A stretch of DNA of 64,000 bases from Somniosus microcephalus (lineage: Eukaryota): positions 332,444,001 through 332,508,000 of the forward strand of contig CM126203.1 of the NCBI GenBank assembly GCA_052327205.1, written 5' to 3'. The translations under genes and the position numbers were made by a program. The notes under the pieces are model-generated. The model did not search any database. It was not told the DNA's origin and worked only from the letters and a program-made list of their open reading frames with translations. This document shows positions 36,379-49,436 of this stretch, piece after piece; the stretch's first letter is position 1, and every line of letters begins with the position of its first letter.

Positions 36379-37759
36379 AAGGCTGAACCAGACTGTTCGC
36401 AACCTTGCCATTCTATTTAAACCTGAGCTGAACTTCCGACCCCGAGCGTTCTGATGTGTCATCGACCTGAAACGTTAACTCTGTTTCTCTCTCCATAGAT
36501 GCTGCCTGACCTGAGTATTTCCAGCATTTTCTGTTTTTATTTATAATAATTTAGCAGGTGTCCAATGGCATTGTATATTAAGTTTAAATGTTCGGAAGTT
36601 TTATAAGAACAGTGGTGTTATGCCAAGTAGTATTACCAGGGGCCCTATGTCTTCTGCACTGGGGCAGCCCTGGGATCTAGGAGCACTGCAGAAGGAGCCT
36701 AGTATTGGGATTGGGGCAGTGCTTTGAGGAGTTTTCAGTCTCTGGGAGCACTGGGAAGGGGTACCAGGAATACTGACACTGGATCAGGTCCTATGATTAT
36801 TGTGGGAGGAGTTTTGCGATCTGAGAGAACTGGGGAGGGAGGTCTTAAAGTCTCGGAACCTAGAGAGCACTGGGAATGCCATCGAGGAATTTGTGAGCAC
36901 TGAGAGAGAGCCTTGAGATTTGGGGGTAGGGGCAAGATTCTGAGGGTGCAGGTGGTGGGGTCCAACAGACTGGGAAGCGAGGTGGAGCAGAGTCTAGTAG
37001 TATTGGGTTGCGGAGCTTGGCAGTTTTGGCAGGGTGAGGATCCAGCTGCCTTGTGGGGAGTGGAACCCAGGACAATGGGACCTGAACTGCCCTGGCCCCT
37101 TTCTCCCACCCCAGTTCCACCCATCAGCTGCCTCCCCATGAACATTCTGCAGGCTGTTTAATGCTCTTGGGTTCCCCCTACTCCTTTCCCATCATCAGCA
37201 ATTCTTGTCTTTAGGTTCCTGCCATGCAGCATTTAAGGCTAAATTCTATGCTTCTGCTATCCTGGTGCATGCCAAGTGCACATATTGGAAATTGAGCATC
37301 AAAAGCAATAGATGGAAAGTCACAAACTGGGTTGCATGTTTTCCTGATTGTGTGTTCTGGCATGTGCCTGGAATAATGAAAAAAAATCACCCTTTTAGTG
37401 CACTAAAGTTTGAGGACTGTATAAGTATAGTTTCCAAATTTTAATATAAAAATGTTATATGCAAAAATTCAGTAGGATGGAAAAATCATTCAGACAAGAT
37501 TTTAACTGACATTTTTACAGAAGTAAATGGTGATTGTCTTAAAATTAATTCTCGATAAGCAAGCTTATTTTTCTATGTTCACCATCAAAGAAACTGGATC
37601 ACAGATGCTGCCGTCTGTGAGCAGTTCATAACAGAAAAATATTTAAATAAACTTGTAAATTGCACAGGTGGTTGCCCCATGGTCAGTTGATAAATAAGTT
37701 TTTTTTCAATACAAGGTGGCAATGGAATTATGGGATTTCAGAAACTTCCAGTACAACCT

Positions 37760-37902
37760 ACTCCTCTTAGGCAGTCCCTCGGAACCGAGGATGACTTGCT
37801 TCCACATTAAAAATAAGTTCGCAGGTGACTGATGAGTCCAATGCGGGACCTACAGTCTCTGTCACAGGTGGGGCGGGTGGGGTGCTTGGGTTGACGTGCG
37901 CT
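37760..37902 (-). mobile_element. RTE 3'-terminal fragment
   Basis: Reverse complement of the 3' ends at about 4945-5105 and 40105-40262. Confidence 0.85.
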
Positions 37903-38367
37903 ATTATTACAGGCACTATTATTACAGGCAATTGTTTACATACAGGATTTCCATGCTAAATGTTAAAAATTCAACATAAAAGCGTGACCAAATAGTGTGA
38001 CAACAGGAAGTTGAATGAGACGATAAGATTTTTAATATAAGTGTAGAAGATGGATGGATGTTGCTTTGATAATTTAATCTACAATTTGTTTGAAAATCTT
38101 TTGGAAAAAACAAAAACTCTCAAATCCTCATAGGATGAGGATTTACTGATGCTGATGCTCGGATTGCATGCGGGGAAAATTTTCAAATTGCACATGCTTG
38201 GAATGTATAGATGTAGTTGAAATCTCTTTTCAAATGTTGATATAACAATACTCAGTTAAAGCCTAGATTTTTGAAACTGTCTGCTACCTTTAATTAAGAT
38301 AGTAGATTCGTGTGGAGTATAAATACCAGCACAGACTAGTTTGGCTGAATGGCCTGTTTCTGTGCTT

Positions 38368-40273
38368 GAGGTACTCATCAAGGACAGCGAGGCAGTCAGT
38401 GCCCACTGGAAGGAGCACTTCGAAGATTTCCTTAACTGAGACTCTGTCTTCGACGCGAGTGTCCTCAACTCCATCTCGCAGCATGCTACCCGCCATCATC
38501 TCGGCACAACCCCAGCCCGGCATGAGGTTGAAAAGGCCATCCGACAACTGAAGAACAACAAGGCCTCAGGAGCAGATGGAATCCCTGCCGCGGCACTAAA
38601 GCATGGCAGAGAAGCACTACTGCCGCGAATTCATGAACTAATTTCTCTTATCTGGAAGGAGGAGAGCATGCCAGGGGATCTCAGAAGCCATAATTGTGAC
38701 CATCTTCAGGAAAGATGACAAGTCCGATTGCGGTAATTACAGAGGAGTTTCCCTGCTGTCTGCCACAGGAAAGTCATCAAGATTCCTCCTCGATCGCCTC
38801 CTCCTAGAGCCGCAATGTGGATTCCGCCCACTAAGGGGCACAATGGACATGATCTTCACCGCACGTCAATTACAAGAGAAATGCAGGGAACAGCACCAAC
38901 CGCTGTACATGGCCTTCTTTGATCTCACAAAGCCCATCGACACTGTCAACCGTGAGGGATTATGGAGTGTCCTCCTCAAATTCGGCTGCCCTCAAAAGTT
39001 TGTCACCATCCTCCGCCTGCTTCACGATGACATGCAAGCTGTGATCCTGACCAACGGTTCCACCACAGACCCAATTCACGTACGAACCAGGGTCAAGCAA
39101 GGCTGTGTCATCGCACCAACGCTCTTCTCGATCTTCCTTGCTGCAATGCTCCATCTCACCCTCAGTAAGCTCCCCGCTGGAGTGGAGCTAATTTACAGAA
39201 CAAACGGGAAATTGTTCAACCTCCGTCGCCTCCAGTCCAGATTCAAGGCTGTCCCATCCTCTGTTGTTGAATTACAGTATGCAGATGATGCTTGCGTTTG
39301 CGCTCACTCGGAGGTCGAACTCCAAGCCATCGTCAGCACCTTCACCGAAGCGTACGAGAGCATGGGCCTGATACTAAACATCCGTAAGACAAAGGTCCTC
39401 TACCAACCTGCCCCCACCACACAGTGCTGCCCCCCCGATTATCAAAATCCACGACAAGGCCTTGGACAATGTGGACCACTTTCCATACTTCGGGAGCCTA
39501 CTGTCAACAAGGGCAGACGTTGATGACGAAGTCCAACACCGCCTTCAGTGTGCCAGTGCAGCCTTCGGTCGCCTGAGGAAGAGAGTGTTTGAAGACCAGG
39601 ACATCAAACCCGGCACTAAGCTCATGGTCTACAGAGCAGCAGTGATACCCGCCCCGCTGTATGCCTCAGAGACATGGACCATGTACAACAGACACCTCAA
39701 AGCACTGGAGAGGTACCACCAATGCTGCCTCCACAAGACCCTGCAAATCCATTGGCAGGATAGGCGCACCAACGTCGGTGTTCTCGCTCAGGCCAACATC
39801 CCCAGCATCGAAGCTTTGACCACGCTCAATCAGCTCCGATGGATGGGTCACATCGTCAGCCTGCCCGATACGAGACTCCCAAAACAAGCGCTCTACTCTG
39901 AGCTCCAACACGGCAAGAGAGCCCCAGGTGGGCAGAGAAAACGCTTCAAGGACACCCTCAAAGCCTCCTTGAAAATGTGTAACATCCCCACTGACACCTG
40001 GGAATCCCTGGCCCAAGACCGCACAAAGTAGAAGAGAAGCATCCAAGAAGGCGCTGAACATCTCGAGTCTTTTCGCCAGGTGCAAGCGGAAGCCAAGCGG
40101 AAAGAGCGCACGTCAACCCAAGCACCCCACCCGCCCCTTCAACCACCATCTGTCCCACTTGTGACAGAGACTGTAGGTCCCGCATTGGACTCATCAGTCA
40201 CCTGCGAACTCATTTTTAATGTGGAAGCAAGTCACCCTCGGTTCCAAGGGACTGTCTAAGAAGAAGAGACGAC
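38368..40273 (+). mobile_element. 5'-truncated RTE LINE flanked by a 99-bp direct repeat
   Basis: Same family as 2425-5115 (DCGNYRGVSLLS, LQYADD, YASETW); direct repeats 38269-38367 and 40274-40372. Confidence 0.93.
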
Positions 40274-40967
40274 TTTTGAAACCGTCTGCTACCTTTAATT
40301 AAGATAGTAGATTTGTGTGGGGTATAAATACCAGCACAGACTAGTTGGGCTGAATGGCCTGTTTCTGTGCTTTATATTCTATGCATTGGTGGGTAAATTG
40401 AATCATTTTATGTTGAAATGTGATTTTTAAAAATTTTGTTTCAAACCTTATTTTGGTCAGTAGACATTTCAGTTACTGAGAATAATGGTGGAGACATTTT
40501 TTCAGAGTATTTTAAGTGACTTGATTGGATCATCAACAAAATGTGATAAAATGTTAACAGTTGGATGGGGTTCTGCCATTATAAATGTTTACATATGGAT
40601 TTCTATTTGAAATGTTTACATACGAATCATCAATGTTGACAAGTGTGGCATAAAATTGTGATCTGGGAAGTAAGGCTTGTGGACTAGAAATGCATACATA
40701 TATCAGGTTTTTAATATATAAATATAAATTAATGGAAGGGTTACCAACACTTTACAGTGTAGTGATTATAAAATCTTCTGGTTCTTAAAAATACTGTGGG
40801 CTTGTTGTATATGAGGTGTAATAACTATAGATTGTATATATTCTAAGTTATCTCTTTTAATAGCTCCATAAGATCAGCAAAGTAACTGCATACTTGTTGA
40901 TCAGACTATACAAAAATTATGTTGTTTTTAAAGTTGTGTAACAGTTATGATTTTCTTTCTTTTGCAG

Positions 40968-41020
40968 TGCTGATACACAGCTCTTGGAAGAGGCAACGCT
41001 TTCGATCTCCAAATCACTAA
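40968..41020 (+). CDS. DYM: Dymeclin internal coding exon (equivalent to human exon 3, 53 nt)
   Basis: Acceptor ttttctttcttttgcag, donor gtaagt. Translates (S)ADTQLLEEATLSISKSL, versus human SELKLLEEATISVCRSL as recalled. Phase joins the next exon (a+tt = Ile). Confidence 0.95.
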
Positions 41021-41074
41021 GTAAGTGTGTTCATATCTTAAATCATATCAAATCATTTGACTTGCCTTTGATAA

Positions 41075-41615
41075 CTTTACAGTTACATAGGATTACATCG
41101 GATATACAATACAGAAACAGGCCATTCGGCCCAACCAGTCCATGTTGGCGTTTATGATCCACAAGAGCCTCCTCCCATCTTTCCTCATCAAACTCTATCA
41201 GCTATAACCCGCTATTCCCTTTTCCCTCCTATGCTTATCTAGCTTCCCCTTAAATGCATCTATACTATTCTCTTCAACCACTCCCTGTGGTAGTGAGTTC
41301 CACATTCTCAACACTCTCTGGGTAAAGAAGTTTCTTCTGAATTCCCTATTTGATTTCTTGGCGACTATCTTATATTGATGGCCTCTAGTTTTGCTCTTCC
41401 CCACAATTGGAAACATTCTTTGTATCCACTCTATCAAAACCTTTCATAATTTTAAAGACTGCTATTAGGTCACCCTCAGCCTTTTCTTTTCAAGAGAAAA
41501 GAGACTCAGCCTGCTCACCATTTCCTGACCAGTATAACCTCGCATTCCTGGTATCATCCGTGTAAATCTTTTTTGCACCCTCTCCAGTGCCTCTATATTC
41601 TTTTTATGATATAAT
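41075..41615 (-). mobile_element. CR1 3' fragment in DYM intron
   Basis: Minus-strand KTRGHQYKI...RRNFFTQRVLRMWNSLP. Confidence 0.85.
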
Positions 41616-42258
41616 GATTCTTCTTGATGTTCACCAACATTTACAAAATTTTAATTCAACTTACTGGTTGTATTTTGGTTCCTTGATGGCAGAGGTTTAA
41701 TCACCAGGAAGGGTCCAAATTTAATCCACAGTGATTTCAGCTGGAGCAGAAGTGGAATGGTTCAATTTGTCTCCAGTGTGTCAAGAGTTCCAGAGGAGGG
41801 AAGCGGGGGAGACTTGAGGGTTCCAAGGGTTCCCACTATCTAGTAACCCCTGTTGGAATGCATGTGTGAAGACATTGAATAACGTCTCCTATGGCTAAAT
41901 AGCCTACCTTTTATTGTTTAGCTTTGCACAAGAAAAATCATCATTTGACAAGGTACTGGAGAGTGCTGATGGCTGTAGAACTGTGTAGCCCATTGTGATG
42001 TTATCTTTCAGAAAATAAGTAGGAAATTTTAACCCTTTATCTTTATTAAACTCTGTGAGGAACATCCTATTTTCATTTGCTACATTAATTTAAAAGAGAA
42101 AATATACATTTAGGGTACATACCCTGAGTTTGGAATACATTTATAAATTTATTCTTGAATGAGCCTCTTCACTTTCACTTAAAACTTTTTCAAAGTAATA
42201 CTTGTGTTTTGCATGTACTTAACATTCATTAAATGGGGCTGTTGTACGTTTTTTTCAG

Positions 42259-42352
42259 TTGAGAACAATCCTCGGACAGGGAACTTACAAGCTCTTGTTA
42301 AGATTTTCCTCAATAGAACCAATGAATTAAAGATCTCCGCTGAATGTCAAGA
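42259..42352 (+). CDS. DYM: Dymeclin internal coding exon (equivalent to human exon 4, 94 nt)
   Basis: Acceptor tttttttcag, donor gtaagt. Translates (I)[30 protein letters not shown], versus human [31 protein letters not shown]. Confidence 0.97.
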
Positions 42353-42865
42353 GTAAGTCAGCCATGTATTATCAATGTATAATGCTTTCAAAATTATTTT
42401 ACCAAAAAAAATTGACATTCTGCGCCAGCAATGCTGTCAGTGTCACTGAAGTTAACTTTATTTCAATCTGTTGAGTTACATATCTTATTCTATGGCATTT
42501 AGTACAAATTTTGCTTCTAGTTTAATGCTAACCTCCACATTCCTCTCAGGAACAGATGTCCTGTAGAGGGGAGTCAACCAACTGCCCAAGTGATGGCTTC
42601 ACTCTTTCCTTTCATCACTCACCCTGTCCCTGAAGCAAATGGTTGACTGGTCTACAACTAATTGAATAAATGGAAGCTCCCAAAATGCGTGGGGCAACGA
42701 AACCATTCATTCCTTTACATGAGTACATAAAACGATCATTGAGAAAATTCTATTTGGCTCATTAAGCCCAACCCTCCACTGACATTCAACCTGTTCTATT
42801 GCTGATTCTATGTAACCTACTCAGTCTCTATAGGGAGGCAATTTTTTGACCTGCTTTGGGAGGAA

Positions 42866-43230
42866 TAAAGACTTGCATTTATATAGCACCATAATGCATC
42901 CTCACAATGTTCCAACGCATTTTACCGTCAATGGATTACTTTTGAAATGTAGTCACTATAGTCATGTCTACAAATACAGCAGCATATTTGCACACAACAA
43001 GGTCTTCAAACAAATGAATGAATGACCAGATAATCTGGTTTTAATACTGTTAGTTCAGGGAGGCATGTTGACCGGCACACCGGGTAAACCCCTTGCTCTT
43101 TACATAGTGTCATACGATTATTTACGTCCACCTGAATAGACAGACAGGCCTCCATTTAATATCTCGTGTGAAAGACAGTACTTTTGACAATGTAGCACCC
43201 CCTTGGATTATGTGATCAAGTCCTGCAGTG
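42866..43230 (-). mobile_element. Deu-domain SINE (SacSINE1/AmnSINE1-like)
   Basis: acttgcatttatatagcacc tail...ttttgaaatgtagtcact...tttacgtccacctga...tttaatatctcg...gaaagacag. Shorter tails at about 2240, 23835 and 43745. Confidence 0.6.
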
Positions 43231-44267
43231 GCCATATCTGAGCTACCCTGAAATTTGTGGCGAGTAGAAAAGCACTGAGTTCAGTCCAATGGATGTTTCA
43301 CAAAGCCTAGGTTTTAGTAGATTACTGTGACACTTAAATAATTCGACTGAACTAGATGATAAACTTTAATGTAGAGTTGTGAAAAGTCTGGAGAAAAGAT
43401 AAACTGATAAATTGGGTTCAGTTCCTGGTGTGTACCAAGTTAACTGATCTCAACCAGTCTAGGCACAGAGTGCTGCATTTGTTATCTCTGCTTTTTGGCT
43501 AGGGAGGGAAAAATCAGTTAGGGTTCTTGCTATTAATCACTGTTGACTCCTTCTTGAGAATGCTCGTGTGGATAGAATCAGGCACCGCTTAATGCCCTTT
43601 GTAGTCAAATACCCTGCCAATATTTAGGCTCATATTTAGAATGAGTGCTTGAGTGAGGTACTGTCGGGCCCCCACCAGAATCAATGCCCCCAGGTGCTTG
43701 GAAATGTCGGGAGGAAATGGAGAAATGGACTAAGAAAAGAAATAACTTTCATTTATGTCATGCTTTTCATGTCCTCAGGATGTTCAAAGCGCTTCACAGC
43801 CAATAAATTACTTTTGAAGTGTAGCCACTGGTGCTTTGTTGGCAAATGTGGCAGCCAACTTACACACAGCAAGGACCCACAAACAGCATTGAGAGTAAAC
43901 TTAAACTAACACAGAATTCAAAGACAGTACGAGTTGCATTGTTATTTATTAAAATTTTACTTTTTGTGCCAAATAACGATTCTCTGAGAGAGAGGCAACT
44001 TCCTTCAACATCCTGTTTACATGGAACATTTTTACTAAGAAGTAGAGCTGCAATTGCTTCATAGTAAAATGCTCCCTTCTTCCCACCCCTCCCCCAGATA
44101 CATACATACATTGAGTGAGAATCTAATGCATGGTAATATTAGTAAAGCAAATGCACTGAATTCATTGAATCATATGTTTCTGAAACAAAGCTTCCAAATA
44201 ATTTCTGCAGTTCCCTTACAAACCGATACTGCTAGCTACAGAGATAAAAATCCAGCAATACAATATA

Positions 44268-44745
44268 CAGGTAGACTATCCTTTATCCGAAAACCTTGGG
44301 ACCAGCCGTGTTTCGGTTTTCGGAAAATTTCGGATTTCAGAAGGTATTACGGGGCAGCACCCCGTAAGCCACCCCTTTCGGTTTTCAGAGGTTTTCTGTT
44401 TTCGGAAGTGCGGATAAAGGCTGGTACACTATCCCTTATCCGAAAGGGTGGGGGTCGGCCGGGGGTCGGGGGGGGCGGGGAGAAAAGAATATCGGACAGG
44501 CCGCTGCAGCTATCGGACGGGCTGCTGTATTGTTGGGTTCACTCTCCCGGTATACCTCCTTCACACTGCCCAGCTCGGCCTGCAATCTCCTACCCAGGAG
44601 GGAACTCAGTGACCCTCTGCCCTGCTCAGCGTAAGTCGTGCGCCACTCTGGTCATGTCGTGCGCACGACTTACGCTGAACGAAAAAACTTTCGGTTTTTA
44701 GAGGGTTTCGGTTTTCGGAAGTTCGGATAAAGGATAGTCTACCTG
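44268..44745. mobile_element. Tigger/pogo-like MITE
   Basis: Perfect 24-bp TIR CAGGTAGACTATCCTTTATCCGAA / TTCGGATAAAGGATAGTCTACCTG with TA TSD. Confidence 0.9.
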
Positions 44746-46239
44746 TAGTTACAAACATACTGTAATATCTGTTTTCTCATGCCCACAGTTTGATCTATAT
44801 GTAGTATGGAGTGCTTGTACTCAACATTTCTGCCATGATAACCAACAATAACCGATAATTGCTTATTAATTATGATTTAGTAACTTTTATTGACCAATAA
44901 GACAGTCAAACCGCAATGTAGCAATAATACCACAGTTCAGGACTATCTTTATTAATTATAGCAGATCTCTTCAATTTTATTAGATTAACATTTTATTGGT
45001 ATATCCTTTATAGTGCCAGGCTACATTTCAGTATGGCTTGCTTTCACAGGGTATATGGTAATGTCTGCGTATTTACATTGGTAATGTCTTGCCCCACGCT
45101 GGGTATTTGAGTTAGCAAAATATATTTTTAAAAAGCCATAGCCACATACCTTGCTTTTTTAATATATAAGGGGTGAAGTTCCTATCCCTTCTAATTTTGG
45201 TGAAAACGTCAGCTTATACAAAAAAGGATTTCTTGCCCAAAACATTGTGGCGTAGAAATTATTTCTAAATCCTTTCACGGCCTCACCCTTCGCTCTCTCT
45301 CTGACTGCCCCTTTTCCTAGAATGTACCACAATTCTCTCTCTCTCTTACTCTGGCCTCTTCTGCATGTCCTCGCCACCACCCATTCGCCCAATCATTGGA
45401 AGCTGTGCCTTAAGCCGTGCAGGCCCCACTCTCTGGAATTCCCTTCCTGCATCCCTCTCCCTCCCTGAAAACCCACCTCTTTGATTAAGCTTCAGTCGCC
45501 CCTCCTAATATTTCCATCTTTGGCTTAGCATTCATTTTTTCTTGATTATGCCTCTGTGACGTGCCTTTCAGACATTTTTATGTTAATGGGACTATTTAAA
45601 TACTTGTCGTCCTTCTTCTCCTCCCCTCCCTCTCCCCCACCAGGGTTGCTTTGGTGCAGCTCCAAATGTCCATTGACTGAATTATTGGCAGAAGTCTGGA
45701 ATCAAATCATCTATCTTGTTGGCAATGTTGTGTGTGGTCCAACAAACTTTTTTAAATGGGCAATTCTCAAGTAGTGAGGATGAATTGTGAAATTTTGTTA
45801 CACTGAATATGCTTTGTGAGATAAATTGATTACCCCTTTACCCTAGTTGTGAGAACTAGCCAGTTCTATTTCTAGAACTTGATTATAATACTGTTGAGTA
45901 ACTGGTGAACCTGTGATGGTTTTAATTATTTTGCATGGTAACCCATCAGTGTACCAGTTTATTAAAAAAAAAAAAAAAAAAAAAATCCATCTGTCAATAC
46001 TTTGTGAAGAACTTTCAGGTGTGCACTTGTGATTTCCAAAATATTGAGTCATCAAAAATGTAAACTCACTTTGCAAAAAAGTACACGCCATCATTGAGCT
46101 ACTATAATTAAATGCACAGCCATTATGATATTTATTTTTAATGGCATTTACTGTTCAGTATTTCCTAATGTGATTTATGTTATCTGCTCGTAAATTGCAA
46201 ATTCATAATTCTCGTTATGTTTGTGTTTTTTCCCATCAG

Positions 46240-46373
46240 CCAATTGTTTATTTGGCAGGCCCACAATGCCCTGTTCATCATTCGCTGTTTGTTGAAAGTC
46301 TTTGTCAGCCAGATGCCTGAAGAGGAGCTGCAGCATAATTTTACTTATCAAGAGAGGGCACCATTGGCTTATG
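46240..46373 (+). CDS. DYM: Dymeclin internal coding exon (equivalent to human exon 5, 134 nt)
   Basis: Acceptor ttttttcccatcag, donor gtgagc. Translates (D)[44 protein letters not shown], versus human [45 protein letters not shown]. Lies within listed ORF 46217..46399. Confidence 0.97.
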
Positions 46374-48790
46374 GTGAGCAAAACAAAGAGGAAAAATAAT
46401 TAACTTAAGATTCTTAGTTAACTTTATTATGGTATATTTGTCTCTTGAATCATATTTCTAGTTTTAGTTGAGTCTTTAAATTATAATGACTGTTTATCTT
46501 GCATTATGTATCTCTTAAAAATAGGTCTTTTTATTTTTATCCCCTTAACTCCCCTGCATTTATTGACTCATTTTGGGGTCCAATGGGTGTCATCTGCCCA
46601 TGCACCTTATCACAATGACCCTATGCAGTGAGTGTTGGCAGCTTATTCAATCACAGGAGGCACCAAAACCAAACCTGATCTTGTCCTCACCTAGTGTCTA
46701 TACACCTCGACTTTCCAATAAGAATCACTGGATGCTTCCCCCCATCTCCTGATCCCTGAGGTACTGAAGCCAAATTTTAGCGCTCTTGACTGTAGAGACC
46801 TCCTTGCATAACGTGTTTAGAAATGTCTGCTAAAAAGAAAAGAGAAGATGCTGTTGAAGGCGCTTTATTTGAATGCACGCAGCATTCGTAACAAGAGAGA
46901 TGAGTTGACAGCACAAATAAAAATAAATGGGTATGATCTGATAGCCATTACAGAGACATGGTTGCAAGGTGACCAAGGCTGGGAACTGAATATTCAGGGG
47001 TATTTGACATTTTGGAAGGATAGACAGAAAGGAAAAGGAGGTGGGTAGCTCTTTTAGTAAAGGATGAGATCAGTGCAGTAGTGAGAAATTATATTGGCTC
47101 AGAAGATCAAGATGTAGAATCAGTTTGGGTGGAGATAAGAAATAATAAGGGAAATAAGTCACTGGTGGGAATAGTCTATAGGCCCCCTAACAGTAGCTAC
47201 ACTGCAGGATAGAGTTTAAATCAAGAAATAATAGAGGCTTGTAAGAAAGGTACTGCAATATTCATGGGCGATTTTAATCTTCATATCGATTGGACAAATC
47301 AAATTGGCAAAGGTAACCTTGAGGACGAGTTCATAGTGTATTCGGGATGTTTTCTTGGAACAATACGTTGTGAAACCAACCAGGAAGCAGGCTATTTTAG
47401 ATCTGGTGTTGTGTAATGATATAGGATTAATTAATGATCTCATAGTAAAGGGTCCTCTAGGGAAGAGTGATCATAGCATGTTAGAATTTCAAATTCCGTT
47501 TCAGGGTGAGAAACTTGGGAGTCAAACTAGTGTCCTGAACTTAAATAAAGGCAATTACAAAAGTATGAAAACAGAGTTGACTAAAGTGGACTGGGAAAAT
47601 AGATTAAAGGGTAATATGGTAGATAAGCAGTGGCAGACATTTAAGGAGATATTTCATAACTCTCAGCAGCAAAGATATATTCCAGTGAGAAAGAAAGACT
47701 CCAAGAGAAGAATGAACCATCCGTGGCTAACTAAGGAAGTTAAGGATGGTATCAAATTGAAAACAAAGGCAAACAATGATACGAAGATTAGTGGTAGGCC
47801 AGAGTATTGGGAATTTTTTAGAAACCAGCAAAGGACGACTAAAAAATAGAGAGAAGATAGATTAAGAGTAAACTAGCAAGAAATATTTAAAAAAAGACAG
47901 TAAGAGCTTCTACAGGTATATAAAAAGGAAGAGAGTAACTAAAGTAAACGTTGGTCCCTTAGAAGATGAGACTGGGGAATTAATAATGGAGAAACAGGGA
48001 AATGGTAGAGACTTTGAACAAATATTTCGTATCGGTCTTCACAGTAGAAGACACTAAAAGCATCCCAGTAATAATAGATAATCAAGGGGCTATAGGGAGG
48101 GGGGATTTAGATTTCCAGAAGGCATTCGATAAGGTGCCACATAAAAGGTTACTGTACAAGATAAGAGCCCATGGGGCTGGGGATAATATATTAGCATGGA
48201 TAGAGGATTGGCTAACTAACAGAAAACAGAGAGTCGGGATAAATGGGTCATTTTCAGGTTGGCAAACTGTGTAACCAGTGGGGTGCCACAGGGATCAGTG
48301 CTCGGACCTCAGCTGTTTATAATCTATATCTACAAAGGGATATAGATAGATTAAGTGAGTGAGCAAAAATTTGGCAGATGGAGTATAATGTGGGAAAATC
48401 TGAGGTTATCCACTTTGGTAGGAAAAATAAAAAAGCAAATTATTATTTAAATGGAGGGAGACTACAAAATGCTGCGGTACAGAGGGATCTGAGGGTCCTC
48501 GTACATGAAACACAAAAAGTTAGCATGCAGGTACAGCAAGTAATTAGGAAGGCAAATGGAATGTTGGCCTTTATTGTAAGGGGGATGGAGTATAAAAGTA
48601 GGGAAGTCTTACTACAACTGTACAGGGCGTTGGTGAGACCCCACCTGTACAGTTTTGGTCTCATTTAAGGAGGGATATACTTGCATTGGAGGCTGTTCAG
48701 AGAAGGTTCACCAGGTTAATTCCTGAGATGAAGGGGTTGTCTTATGAAGAAAGGTTGAGCAGGTTGGGCCTATACTCACTGGAGTTTAGA

Positions 48791-49436
48791 ACGTAAGAAC
48801 ATAAGAAATAGGAGCAGGAATAGGCCACTTGGCCCGTCGAGCCTGACCTTGGGCTCAATGCCACTTCCCTGCCAGCTCCCCATAACCTTTCGCTCCATTA
48901 TCTTGCAAAAATCTGTCTATCTCCACCTGAAATGTATTCAATGACCCAGCCTCCACAGCTCTCTGCGGCAGAGAATTCCACAGATTTACGACCCTCTGAG
49001 AAGAAATTCCTCCTCATCTCCGTTCTAAAAGGGCGACCCTTTATTCTGAAACTATGCCCCCGAGTTCTAGATTCCTCTCTGCATCTAACTTGTCGAGCCC
49101 CCTCAGTATCTTATATGTTTCAATAAGATCACCTCTCATTCTTCTAAATTCCAATGAGTATAGGCCCAACCTGCTCATCCTATCCTCATAAGTCAACCCC
49201 CTCATCTCTGGAATTAACCGAGTGAATCGTCTCTGAACTGCCTCCAATGCAAGTATATCCTTCCTTAAATAAGGAGACCAAAACTGTGTGCAGTACTCAA
49301 GGTGTGGTCTCGCCAATACCCTGTACAGTTGTAGCCGGATATCCCTGCTTTTATACTCCAACCCCCTTGAAATAAAGGCCAATATTCCATTTGCCTTTTT
49401 GATTACTTGCTGTACCTGCATGCTAACTTTTTGTGT
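48791..49436 (-). mobile_element. CR1 3' portion nested antisense in the above
   Basis: Tail aagaacataagaa; minus-strand MQVQQVIKKANGILAFI...RPHLEYC. A likely further piece lies at 55780-55920. Confidence 0.85.

Noticed and set aside
36600-37200. G-rich then C-rich segment with several short ORFs
   Set aside because: Probably a decayed repeat; no TIR, TSD or coding signal could be defined.
37600-37670. TEKYLNKL stretch resembling DYM NEYLKKL
   Set aside because: No upstream MG start and no following NDPFWNQLL.
44054-44701. 215-aa ORF
   Set aside because: Runs through a non-coding MITE; no recognisable domain.
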